Positions 9,401 through 18,460 of a stretch of DNA of 64,000 bases are shown here, piece by piece. The notes beneath the pieces are model-generated. The model did not search any database, had not been told where the DNA came from, and worked only from the letters and a program-made list of their open reading frames with translations. Origin of the DNA: a virus; IMG/VR virus record IMGVR_UViG_3300037200_000067, positions 10,260 through 74,259 of that record; one strand, written 5' to 3'. The position numbers and the translations under genes are program-made. How positions within the stretch are numbered: position 1 is the stretch's first letter; each line of letters opens with the position of its first letter.

Positions 9401-11987
9401 GATCACAACCTATGACGCCGTCACAGGCAAAGAAGTTAGCCACGCAGGGACCGCGTCGACGGCGCCAGAAAGCCCACAGGCCCTTCTCGACGAAGCAAAG
9501 CACGCGCCAACGGCGACAGAGATCAGCCGCCAGCACGAAGCCGCGCCGGCGCCGCCCGGCACGCATCAGGTCCAGATCGTCCGTAACGGCCAACTGGAGA
9601 CGATCAACGTCGAGGGACCGACGCCTCCCGCGCCAGCCGCGCGCGCGCCACAGGCCAGCGTCGGCGATCAGGGCGACGTTGGACCCGCTGGTCCGCCCGG
9701 CGCGGTGACGCCAGCCAGCGCCCCGCCGCCGCCGTCCCATCGCGTCATTGAGGTCAACCGTGGCGGCAAGATTGTCGCGGTAGACGCCGATACGGGCGCG
9801 CCAGTCAGCGCCGCCCCCGCACAATCCATCATCCCGGCAGCAATCACCGCGCCAGCATCCGTCTCCCCACCAGGACGACCCGAACAACTGGAAAAATCGG
9901 CGACGGCTCAACGCCAGGCGACGGCCTCATCCGAAGCCTCTGTGTCGTCGTCGTCAGCGGTCGAGCGCAGCACCGATCGCATCGCGACGAACACCGATCG
10001 CGTCGTCACGGCGGTTGAGCGCGCCACGGTCGAGAAGATCGCGCCGGCGCCCGGAACCGCGCCCCTCGGCAGCAGGCTGGAAACCGGCCAAGGCGCTGCG
10101 CCTGCCGGGCTGATCGAAGGGCGCATATCCGCCGCCGAGGCTTCGCTCCCCGCGCCGAAGGCAGCGGACGCGCTCGCGCAGATCGCGACCATCGCCGCCG
10201 AGCGGCAACCCGCCGCGCCGATCGTCCAGCCGAGCGCGGCCGTTGCGTCGCCCGCCGCAGCATCGGCCCGCATCGAACATATCGTCGTCGCGGCTGATCG
10301 GCTTGGCATCGCGTCGACTTCACTGACGACGGCATCCACGGCGATCACGAGCGCGGAGACGAAGGAAAGCGACGCGGCGACGGGCCTCAAGTCCACGGTC
10401 GGTAATTTCGCCGCCTCCATCAGTGCATTCAGCACCGCGGTCGTCGCGCTGCGAACTGCGGCCGACAAGCTCGCTGGCGGAAAGAAGGGCGACGAAGGCG
10501 CTCCCAAGGACGACGGGACGGCGGCGGCGTCCGGCGGCGGCGGGAGCGGAGGATCAGGTGGCGCGGGCGGCGGTGGCGCCGCTCCTAGCGGCGGTGGCGA
10601 AGGCGTCGACACGGGCGTTCCAGTTTCCAATGTCGTCCCTGCCGTCGCGAGGCCGACGACCGCGCCTCCGTCAGTTGCGACGCCCACGGCGGCGCCGGCT
10701 ACTGCCGCCGCGCAGGACGGCGGGGCGCTCCAGCCGCGCGTGACGCTTGAGGGCCGCGCGGCGCCCACGAGCGCATCAGGCGCGCCAGCGGCGAGCGGCG
10801 GGACGCCCGCTACTGTGAGCCAGCCGGGAGCATCTGCGGCTCAAACGGGAGCCTTTGCGCCTTCACTTGGAGCTTCTGGCGGCGAAAGTGGGGCTGGCGG
10901 CGAGGCGAGCGCGATCGCGGTCGGCGGAGCAGGGCTCGGCGGCGTCTCCACAATGGCGACGCCGGGGTCCGGGGTTCTGCCACCGGCTGGTGCGCCTATT
11001 CCAGATTTCCTGAAGCAACTCTCACCAGAGGACTATGAGCGCGATCCGACAGGCCGCACCGTGCCAAGCTATCCGTTCCGAGAGGGTCAAACGCCCTATC
11101 AGATCAACACCGTGCTTGGGGGCGCGCCAATGTCGTATCTTGGCGAAAATATGGACGCGGCGATCGACAAGGGCGAAGCGATCGCGGAAAAGAAATTGCA
11201 GCAGGAATACAAGCGCGACCCGTTCAAGTTTCAACAGGACTCCGAAAAGCCGCCAAAGCCTAATCCCATCTTCCCGTCGCCTTTCGCGGATCAGACCTAC
11301 GCCCAACGCGTCAAGGGGACGATGCACGACGAAGACGGAAACCAGATTGCGGTCGACAGGGAGCTTCCGCCCGACTATTCGATCAACACGCAACCCGGCG
11401 CGCAGCCGGTCGGCTTCACGCCAAGCGAAGGTTACGGCTACGCCGGCAACAGCGGCGACACTGTCGACCCTGGCTTTGCGACTGGCGGCCACATTCAGGG
11501 TCCGGGTTCGACGACGTCCGACAGCATCCCGATCATGGCGTCGCACAATGAATTCGTCATGCAGTCGAAGGCGACCGAACATTGGGGCGTCGACTTCATG
11601 CACGCGATCAACGAAGGCCGCATTCCGGCGATGTTCAATGGCGGCATTCTCGGTGATCGCGATGCTGGCGCGGCGGCGCTTCCGTTCAGCAGCATGTTCG
11701 CACCACCGCGCGAGGAAGGCGCGTCCTTCAAGGGGTTCGCTATGGGCGGCGTGATCGACGGCTTCGCGGCGGCGTTCTCGCATCCTCTCATTCCCGATGC
11801 GCCAAAATTCGCGGGCGGCGGATCGGTCCCGAGCGGTTCGTCCATGCGGCCCTTGACGCTGGTCATTGGCGATCAGAAATTCGGTGGCCTGATGGCGCCC
11901 GAAAAAACGGCTGGAGACATGACCAAATTCGCGATCAACCAGCAATTGACCTCGACCAGCCGCAACTCGCCAAGTTGGAGGCGCTGA
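6474..11987 (+). CDS. tape measure protein
   Basis: 1837 aa, Ala-rich coiled coil, C-terminal FATGGHIQGPGSTTSDSIP motif. Confidence 0.9.
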   Translation: MADADNIVVALVLDGVDKIKSDLQAVASAVSTTFSNVHESLAGVSEQLTAVSTNIQSTAQTTDEVSKHVESSGDKAEGFGAKLSEAGHKGEEAFKGVNAAVQSTVGALNTLSAEGTLSALEGLGEGVEAVTSQFGTFGRILGLTAIGATTVGVAFGAATYGLLEFGRAGGEAAQEIVQLAHMTGSSVEQILALQDTMTKAGISAGNMAQMFRIMSIRIQAVWPDIVRDARDAADNLAKNDLAIAAASQGVVTAKIKEAESVVSAAEASRSVLSAQDAVTEATIKAREAAIDYAGSQDKLAQAAITVRQAQFGVIDAYRDVEHQQQDAHSAATSVAEAEYNLSLAQGGRKDAQLEKTFKIQHAEEALAQARQRQAEVQENAQKKQAAFEEAQIHLRDAERARDKATLDQKTSQLQYQAAQRAPATAEANYAKAILAEATANLEKTAAIDGVRKATIDLTDAQNKEHDDFEHSSTAVADQLNGFRKNINLTQVNSETLFKAMLKGWHDQAGAAADAVPTAIQGIDALAKYYKKLSAEQRQSVERLAFGRNATPEEDEFIAELNRRGESLDQALKDASPDFAKQARDVKKAADAYKELNAASGTFQSDLNAMLRPIQTDFMKGFTGSFKEFGETLKLNGPDIEKFGHEIAVNIVPVIQSVLALLTGNTPRMPFFKHLADDVQLVTGHIKELAEVLAALFAIDLGAGLLKKIGTIGTAVSDAAKLAREANVARPGSIPGLPEGRIPPVVPVPPVPATGIGALLAELTAGFVRLLPAISRFGIALTLLDLGIRGAVTADKNTGALAEENRARQRIDTEAASAGQELAAAKSGYDPKEIAKREALIAAHPERAHDQTDRENFPDVVRAEERLAEVARARAASEARVKAINDRITGPARVAEAVAKRADEEKTGAALLKGAMTPREETPAEAPGPDKTYGALTEGLASTHGSAPGAPPPTVVQPKPEDVTAGHRQFQIMRGGQITTYDAVTGKEVSHAGTASTAPESPQALLDEAKHAPTATEISRQHEAAPAPPGTHQVQIVRNGQLETINVEGPTPPAPAARAPQASVGDQGDVGPAGPPGAVTPASAPPPPSHRVIEVNRGGKIVAVDADTGAPVSAAPAQSIIPAAITAPASVSPPGRPEQLEKSATAQRQATASSEASVSSSSAVERSTDRIATNTDRVVTAVERATVEKIAPAPGTAPLGSRLETGQGAAPAGLIEGRISAAEASLPAPKAADALAQIATIAAERQPAAPIVQPSAAVASPAAASARIEHIVVAADRLGIASTSLTTASTAITSAETKESDAATGLKSTVGNFAASISAFSTAVVALRTAADKLAGGKKGDEGAPKDDGTAAASGGGGSGGSGGAGGGGAAPSGGGEGVDTGVPVSNVVPAVARPTTAPPSVATPTAAPATAAAQDGGALQPRVTLEGRAAPTSASGAPAASGGTPATVSQPGASAAQTGAFAPSLGASGGESGAGGEASAIAVGGAGLGGVSTMATPGSGVLPPAGAPIPDFLKQLSPEDYERDPTGRTVPSYPFREGQTPYQINTVLGGAPMSYLGENMDAAIDKGEAIAEKKLQQEYKRDPFKFQQDSEKPPKPNPIFPSPFADQTYAQRVKGTMHDEDGNQIAVDRELPPDYSINTQPGAQPVGFTPSEGYGYAGNSGDTVDPGFATGGHIQGPGSTTSDSIPIMASHNEFVMQSKATEHWGVDFMHAINEGRIPAMFNGGILGDRDAGAAALPFSSMFAPPREEGASFKGFAMGGVIDGFAAAFSHPLIPDAPKFAGGGSVPSGSSMRPLTLVIGDQKFGGLMAPEKTAGDMTKFAINQQLTSTSRNSPSWRR

Positions 11988-11991
11988 TCTA

Positions 11992-12465
11992 ATGGCAGGC
12001 CCGACGCTTCTCACGATCACGCCGCTATCCGGATCGTCGGCATTCACGCTGACGCCCTATTCGGCGCGCGGGCTGACACAAACTCTGGAGCCGATCAGCA
12101 GCACGGGCGCATCGGGCGGCAATGCCATGGGGACGTGGCTGAAGCGCGACATCAACGGCAACCTCGTCAATCTTGCCTATCCGCAGTTCCAGAAATACGC
12201 CTCGACGATCACTTGCCGGGACACGGAGACGCCATCTTTTGATGACGCATGGATTGGAGCGACGGTCCAGGTCGATTGCGCGTGCGAACTCAACTATCTG
12301 ACGGGCGGTTCGCCAGCGCGGCCGCCCGTATCGGGTTCGGAGAGGACGGAGGGCGATTATACTTTCTATCGTCCATCATTGACTATGATGGTCGCCGAGA
12401 TCAAAAATTCGTTCGCGGAATGGGAAGCCGAGTATGCTTGGCAGCTTTCACTTTTTGAAGTCTGA
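11992..12465 (+). CDS. putative distal tail protein
   Basis: directly after tape measure; RDINGNL motif. Confidence 0.6.
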   Translation: MAGPTLLTITPLSGSSAFTLTPYSARGLTQTLEPISSTGASGGNAMGTWLKRDINGNLVNLAYPQFQKYASTITCRDTETPSFDDAWIGATVQVDCACELNYLTGGSPARPPVSGSERTEGDYTFYRPSLTMMVAEIKNSFAEWEAEYAWQLSLFEV

Positions 12466-12471
12466 GGCGAC

Positions 12472-15279
12472 GTGAGCAACCCGGTCAATCAGTGGTATTG
12501 GGCATGGGTAGACCCGACTGACACGACGTTCAGCAGCGCGTTCTATCGCTACGATGAGCAAGTCCTATCTTTCACGCGAGATCACCAAGAGGGCGCAAAG
12601 CCCGAACTATCGGTGGTCATCAAAAATCCTGGGATTGGCCTTCTATCTCCGACGCGCAAGCAATGGGCGTGGCTTTCGTGGAACAATAACGGCACGGTGA
12701 CGCCGCTGTTTTTCGGCCAATTGGTGGGAATTCCGGACAACCTTTTCCAGAAGATGCTCACGCTGAAATTGATCGCTAGATCCCTGACGTACATCGCTGA
12801 CAAACAGCTTGCGGCCGAGCCGCTGAAGGTCTCGCCCTATTATGACGAGGTGTTCATCGACCTGACCAAAAGGGACGATCCCGATACTGTCCTCGAAGGC
12901 TATTCCGCACTGTACCACGTCGATCCCGTCACGCTTCAAACGACGGTTTCCGATGTCTTGATCGGTGAGGACGGCACGGCCGTCTTTCAGCAGTCAGACG
13001 CCTTTTTCGACAGCGTCCAAATGAAAATCGGCTCCCAGCCGCTTACCGCGGTCGCCGTCGATGCGACTGTGACGTGGACGCAGGAGTCTATCGGATACGT
13101 CGATTTTGGGCAGAACGTATTTTACAGCTATTCCGGTGATGGCTTCATTTCTGACTGGCCCAAGCCAGGCGCTGGCCTTGGCGCGGGATGGTCATGCTTC
13201 ACGAGCCTTGCCACCGATACGTGGGGCGTCAGCAAGGTCATGACGGCGTCCTATTCCTACAGCTTTCAGAACCAGAACAAGCATCCGCAGGACGGCGACA
13301 CGATGAGCGTGTCGACCAGCGTCACGCAGCCGATCTTCAACAATCCAGGCGTGTCTGACTTTTCGGTTGCGACCGGCTATCCGAACCTCGCGCCCTATCA
13401 ATCTGGCGTGATCCGAAGCCTGATCACCATCGGCCTGCAAGACCCGTTCGCGATCGACCCTGACACCCAGCAGCCGGCGCCCGTCAATATTCCGGCCTCC
13501 GCATTCGTCACGACGAACTATGTGCCGATGTGGCAGATCAACGCATCGCTGGTCATGCGCTATGACGCCAAGCGGCCTCGATCTGAGCGTCTGACGTTCC
13601 TTTTGCAGGCCGAGACGCAGCCAGTTCTCGTCAACCCGACCGTCGCGCAGGACAGCGAACTGATCAAAAAGACTGGCGACGTCGGCGCGCCGATCTACAA
13701 CCTGCTGAACTGGACGTCGCTCGCCAACTCGGCGGTGTCGGTCGGGCAGCTTTGCTTTCCGAATAATCCGAACTTTCCCGGCCAGCAGTCGACGCAGATT
13801 TGCATCACGGCCGGTATCGCCGGTTCGACAGAGCCGGCGTTTTCAGCGGTCGCCGGCATTGAGACGGTCGACAACACCGTCGTCTGGGAAAGCCTCGGCG
13901 ATACGCCGCCGCCGACCACCGCGCCCGATTGGGCCAAGGAAACCAATACGCCGCCCGGCGATCTACTGATTCCACGGCCGCCGCTCTATACCGAGTACGC
14001 CGACCTGCTGATCCCCGGCCAGTCGCAGCTCGTGCCGGTCGCGACTTCGATTTCTTACGGCCAGGTCATTCAGACGCCGGACGGCGGCTTTCAGATTTGC
14101 AACCTGTCTGGCCTCACGGCGGTCTGGCCGATCGGCTCCTATCCCGCTTTCAGCGACGTGTGGGGAACCGCAACTGAAGACGGGACCGTTCAGTGGATCA
14201 GCCTCGGCGATACGCTACCGAGCGGCGCCATCAGCTACATCGCAATCTCAGGCGGGGAGACGGGCCTCTACCTGCCATCGTTCGACCCGACGACTGGCGC
14301 TCAAACCTCGGACGGTTCCGTCGTCTGGCAGAGCTTGGGGCCGGTCGACATCCCGGCTGGCGGCTATCCTGGCAACATCACGGCACGGAGCTATTTTCCG
14401 ACCGAGCGCGGCCTCCAAAGCGTCGAATATTTGCTTGCGCTGGCAAGAGCGCGGCTGCGCTATCGATCGCGTGCGATCACCGTCTCCTGGGACTGCCGCT
14501 TTGAACTGGCGATGTCGCTCACCTGCCGATGGAACGCGCTGCTCTACGATTTCCGCCTTCCGGGCGGGCAGGCGGCAGGCAAAATAACGCGGGTCACTAT
14601 CAAATGCGATGGCGACGGCGAATTGCTCGGATCAGTCACCATCGGAGCCAGCGTCGGCTATGGCGACGTGATCACCACGAGTCCCGGCGAGCCTACTTAT
14701 GTGGACGAAGACTACGTCGGCGCCGACTATCAGATATTCACAGGCGTCACCGTCAGCATCGACGCGCACGAAAATGACGTCGGCTACACGCCTCCGAATG
14801 CCGATCCTGATCTTTGGGATGATGGTCTCCAGTTCCCGCTCAGTGTTCAGCAAGTCTGCACCTTCGCCGCCGTGCATGGCTCGGGCCTCGTCGTGCCGCT
14901 CGGCTATAGCGCGGCATTCCCCTCACAGAACACGATATCGGATGGACAGTGGAGCGATCTCTTGGCCGACCAGGTCGGGACGGCTTCGACGGGCGGCATC
15001 CGAAGATCATTCGCCGCCGCCGCCGCGATCTACAGCACGCCGCTGACAGGCCAGTACAACTATAACCTCGCGCCAGCCGATGTCGCGCAGTCCTTGCAGC
15101 TTCAAGAGCGCCAGCTTAACGCCCAGGCGTATTCAGCCTCGATCGAGTTGCAGGCGAACCCGGTGTGGTATGATCTCCAGATCAAGCCTGTCACGAATGG
15201 TCCTTTCGCGGCGGAGTACGGCCTGACGGTGACTGAGCTTACGGTTCCGAAGACGATTGACCTGGAGGCGCATGCATGA
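12472..15279 (+). CDS. tail tip/hub protein with inserted repeat module
   Basis: size, position; three D(G/N)(T/S)VxWxSLG repeats. Confidence 0.7.
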   Translation: MSNPVNQWYWAWVDPTDTTFSSAFYRYDEQVLSFTRDHQEGAKPELSVVIKNPGIGLLSPTRKQWAWLSWNNNGTVTPLFFGQLVGIPDNLFQKMLTLKLIARSLTYIADKQLAAEPLKVSPYYDEVFIDLTKRDDPDTVLEGYSALYHVDPVTLQTTVSDVLIGEDGTAVFQQSDAFFDSVQMKIGSQPLTAVAVDATVTWTQESIGYVDFGQNVFYSYSGDGFISDWPKPGAGLGAGWSCFTSLATDTWGVSKVMTASYSYSFQNQNKHPQDGDTMSVSTSVTQPIFNNPGVSDFSVATGYPNLAPYQSGVIRSLITIGLQDPFAIDPDTQQPAPVNIPASAFVTTNYVPMWQINASLVMRYDAKRPRSERLTFLLQAETQPVLVNPTVAQDSELIKKTGDVGAPIYNLLNWTSLANSAVSVGQLCFPNNPNFPGQQSTQICITAGIAGSTEPAFSAVAGIETVDNTVVWESLGDTPPPTTAPDWAKETNTPPGDLLIPRPPLYTEYADLLIPGQSQLVPVATSISYGQVIQTPDGGFQICNLSGLTAVWPIGSYPAFSDVWGTATEDGTVQWISLGDTLPSGAISYIAISGGETGLYLPSFDPTTGAQTSDGSVVWQSLGPVDIPAGGYPGNITARSYFPTERGLQSVEYLLALARARLRYRSRAITVSWDCRFELAMSLTCRWNALLYDFRLPGGQAAGKITRVTIKCDGDGELLGSVTIGASVGYGDVITTSPGEPTYVDEDYVGADYQIFTGVTVSIDAHENDVGYTPPNADPDLWDDGLQFPLSVQQVCTFAAVHGSGLVVPLGYSAAFPSQNTISDGQWSDLLADQVGTASTGGIRRSFAAAAAIYSTPLTGQYNYNLAPADVAQSLQLQERQLNAQAYSASIELQANPVWYDLQIKPVTNGPFAAEYGLTVTELTVPKTIDLEAHA

Positions 15280-15554
15280 GCGCGGTTGAGAGCATTGTCC
15301 GTCCGTTCCAGACGACGACGGACCCGACGAGCGTCGTGGCGGCGAATCAGGTCGGCGTGCCCATCCTGCTACTCACCTTCGGCCGCTCTGGCAGCGGCGT
15401 CTCATTCACAGGGACGTTCAATCAGACGGTGACGTACTATCAGGACAAGGTCACGGTCGAGCAGTCGAACCTCGACTTCAGCCCGGAAATGCAAATGTGG
15501 GCTGAGATCGCGGCGAGCCTGAATAATCTCAGCGGCAACCCGAACCCGGACTAG
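15276..15554 (+). CDS. tail-associated hypothetical protein
   Basis: ATGA overlap; ESIVRPFQ N-terminus. Confidence 0.6.
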   Translation: MSAVESIVRPFQTTTDPTSVVAANQVGVPILLLTFGRSGSGVSFTGTFNQTVTYYQDKVTVEQSNLDFSPEMQMWAEIAASLNNLSGNPNPD

Positions 15555-15557
15555 CGC

Positions 15558-16202
15558 ATGCCATCCATCGATCCGAACTCGATCCGGTCGCACGTCAAGC
15601 GGATCATCAACGGCGCGAACAATGATCCTGTCACGGGACTTCCGCTCTGCTACGTCGACGTCGAGCGGATTGATTATTTCGTCGTCATCGACAATGGGCA
15701 GCGCACAGGCGTCGTCCTCCAATGGGGCGACGACGGCAACACGACGGGAGCGTCGAGCAACCAGAGCCGGAAAATGGTCAACCTGCGCACGAACTCCAAT
15801 CTGGACAATGGCGGTGATGCAGATCAGGTGGTCTTTGTCGACATTCCAGTGATTGCGTCGTGGACGTATGCTCCTGAGGGGGGGCCGCAAAGGATCACCG
15901 AGGTGTTCCAGAACGGCCCGCACAACGACAATAGGGTCGACAATCTCGTCATCATGAACCCCTGGGTTATGCGGCCAGATGTCGAGGCGGCGCTGAATGC
16001 CGGGAAAAATGTGGATGGTCGTGTCTACGGGCCGTTCACACCTGAAAATTTCGATACTGGTCCACGCGAAATATTTTCTAATGGCGTCCCCTCGTGGCTT
16101 TGGCCCGTGTTTTATGTTACGCACGACGACAACCAGATGCTGGGGCACCTGATTCCGCAGACGTACCTACAGAGCATCCGGCCGCTCGGAACCGGCGATT
16201 AA
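15558..16202 (+). CDS. tail-associated hypothetical protein
   Basis: in-operon ORF. Confidence 0.6.
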   Translation: MPSIDPNSIRSHVKRIINGANNDPVTGLPLCYVDVERIDYFVVIDNGQRTGVVLQWGDDGNTTGASSNQSRKMVNLRTNSNLDNGGDADQVVFVDIPVIASWTYAPEGGPQRITEVFQNGPHNDNRVDNLVIMNPWVMRPDVEAALNAGKNVDGRVYGPFTPENFDTGPREIFSNGVPSWLWPVFYVTHDDNQMLGHLIPQTYLQSIRPLGTGD

Positions 16203-16213
16203 CAGGAGAAGAA

Positions 16214-16474
16214 ATGGCGACTAGACCGACGCCGGTGCCCCATGCCAAGCCCGCGCCGAAGGCGACCAAGTCCACGACGCCTGAAACCGATTCGATCATG
16301 GCCTCTCAGAAGGCCGCGCTGACCGCCATCCTCGCCAAGACCGCGCCGCAGACCGACCCGCTGCGCGCGCAGATCACGGCTTTGCAGGCCCAGATCGACA
16401 CGATCGAGGGGCCGGACGTGAAGTCCGCGCGCAAACATCTCGCGATCCTGAATAACCTCTCCGCGTCGAACTGA
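16214..16474 (+). CDS. small coiled-coil hypothetical protein
   Basis: AGGAG RBS before ATG 16214. Confidence 0.6.
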   Translation: MATRPTPVPHAKPAPKATKSTTPETDSIMASQKAALTAILAKTAPQTDPLRAQITALQAQIDTIEGPDVKSARKHLAILNNLSASN

Positions 16475-16486
16475 GGCCCTGATCGC

Positions 16487-17683
16487 ATGGTCGACATCAC
16501 ATACGTTACGGCTGGCGAGTGGGGGCCGGGCCAAGGCACAAAATTGAGCGCGCCTCAGGCAGACGACAATATGTGGGCGCTCGCCTCGGCGGTTGTCGCG
16601 CTTCAGGACCATGCCGGCGTCGGCGTCGGCATTGCCAGTATCGAGCAGATCAACGCCACGCAGTTCATGATCTATCTGACCAACGGGAACGGCGAAGGGC
16701 CGTTCACGTTGCCGACCAACCCCTGGAATTTCACGGGGCCATGGCTGCCGGACACGCCGTATCTGCCCAACGACGTCGTCACGGCAAACGGCGCGGTCTA
16801 TCTGATCACCTTGTCGTTTACCAGCGCGTCGGCGTTCAGCCCGAGCGCGACGGACGGCGACGGGCATCTTCTTTATAATCTCCTGCTGAGCAACCCTGAC
16901 ACAGTATTGCCCGCCGGGGGCCTGACCGGCTACACGCTGGTCAAGCGCAGCAACGCCAACTATGACGTCGCATGGGGCACGAACGCGATCGAAACCCTGA
17001 CCGACGTCTCGATCAGCGAGTCTCCCCCGCCAAGCCTCTATGACATCCTCGTTTACGACGCCGGCATCTGGACCAATGTCAGCATCGACACGATCGCCAG
17101 TTTGCTGCTCAATGTGGAGAACCTCGCGAATGTCGAATCATATGCCGAGAGTTCTGCTGGGTACTATGTGCTTTATGGCTATAGTGACGGTGTTGGCGAC
17201 GTTTACTGGACTTCCACGCCCGTCGACACGTTCAACAACGACCTGCTCCTCGGATACCTCGCTGACGCGGAATATCTGAATTATTCGATTACGCCAGCGA
17301 CAGGCCAGTTTCTGCGCTATGGCAGCAGCTTCTGGGAACCCGAGAATATTCAAACGACGGATATCAACGATACGTTGACGGACCTCGGCTCTATCAGCGG
17401 AACGGCGACGGTTGATCCTTCTGTCGGATCATTATTCATGGCCGAGCCGTCTGGCGATTGCACCATCGGATTGGCTTCGCTCACAGGAACCACGGGCCGA
17501 GAAATCAAAATCCAGATCGAGACGTCGGGCAGCGTCCCTTACAACATCACGTTCGATGACGTGAGCGGATTTATTTCGCAAGGCGTCCTGTCGACCGGGG
17601 TTCTCGACAGCAAGCGTTTCGTGGTATCCTTCGTCAGCGACGGAACCTACATGAGCGAAACCAGCCGCACGTCGGCGATGTGA
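16487..17683 (+). CDS. tail fibre/receptor-binding protein
   Basis: LSAPQADDN fibre-type N-terminus; WLPDTPYLPNDVV carbohydrate-binding-like motif; very acidic. Confidence 0.65.
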   Translation: MVDITYVTAGEWGPGQGTKLSAPQADDNMWALASAVVALQDHAGVGVGIASIEQINATQFMIYLTNGNGEGPFTLPTNPWNFTGPWLPDTPYLPNDVVTANGAVYLITLSFTSASAFSPSATDGDGHLLYNLLLSNPDTVLPAGGLTGYTLVKRSNANYDVAWGTNAIETLTDVSISESPPPSLYDILVYDAGIWTNVSIDTIASLLLNVENLANVESYAESSAGYYVLYGYSDGVGDVYWTSTPVDTFNNDLLLGYLADAEYLNYSITPATGQFLRYGSSFWEPENIQTTDINDTLTDLGSISGTATVDPSVGSLFMAEPSGDCTIGLASLTGTTGREIKIQIETSGSVPYNITFDDVSGFISQGVLSTGVLDSKRFVVSFVSDGTYMSETSRTSAM

Positions 17684-17686
17684 TCG

Positions 17687-18460
17687 ATGCCTGGGACTCC
17701 GAACGTCGACAAGCCGGGCGGACCCTATCGGCTCGATCCGTTCCAGCGGGTGGTAAATTACCAATATGGATGGCCGCAGTACATAGCTCCCGGCTGGTTT
17801 CTGTACTTCCTGTCGGTAACGTACGACTCGGCGACAGAGGGCGCGGCGGCGAGTGCGGAGGCCTACGTCAAAGCGAACCTCACGCTGATGCCAAGTTCGA
17901 TCGCCGCATGGGCGACGCTGATCCTGGCGTGGCCCGGTCCTCCCACGCCGTTCCCTGTCCCTCCACTACCTGGGCCTGGGCCGGCAGTCCCGACGGCCGA
18001 TCTGACGTTTGCGGACATCTATGGTGAGCCAAACACGGACCTCTTCCCGTACCTGACGCCGCAAGTGAACATACCAACGAACACGTTCACAAGCCTCGTG
18101 TCGTCAACCACGGAACAGACGGGATTTTCCACGTCCGGAGCGATGCTCAACACCGGCATTCACGGCGTCGGATTTATCGCGAGAACGTTCATCGGCTGCG
18201 CGACCTATCTGAGCAGCCCAGATCAAGTCATCACGGGAGCCGGCGCAGGGGGACTTGGGCTGTTTGACCCGGCTGATTTTGGCGCTGGAGGCGAGAGCTT
18301 TTCCGTCGATCAGTGGAATAATCAGTACACGAACGGCTTCGCCCATCGGTGGGGCTGGGCGGGAGGAGAACCGACGTTCACAGGCGAGTTAGCGACGGTG
18401 ATTGCCACGCCTCCTGGCGTTGAAATGAATGCGACATGGTATATTAGGGAGGGGTATTAG
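17687..18460 (+). CDS. tail-associated hypothetical protein
   Basis: in-operon ORF with Pro-rich linker. Confidence 0.6.
   Translation: MPGTPNVDKPGGPYRLDPFQRVVNYQYGWPQYIAPGWFLYFLSVTYDSATEGAAASAEAYVKANLTLMPSSIAAWATLILAWPGPPTPFPVPPLPGPGPAVPTADLTFADIYGEPNTDLFPYLTPQVNIPTNTFTSLVSSTTEQTGFSTSGAMLNTGIHGVGFIARTFIGCATYLSSPDQVITGAGAGGLGLFDPADFGAGGESFSVDQWNNQYTNGFAHRWGWAGGEPTFTGELATVIATPPGVEMNATWYIREGY

Noticed and set aside
8778-12047. Several 280-380-aa antisense ORFs within the tape measure gene
   Set aside because: Shadow frames of low-complexity GC-rich coding sequence.
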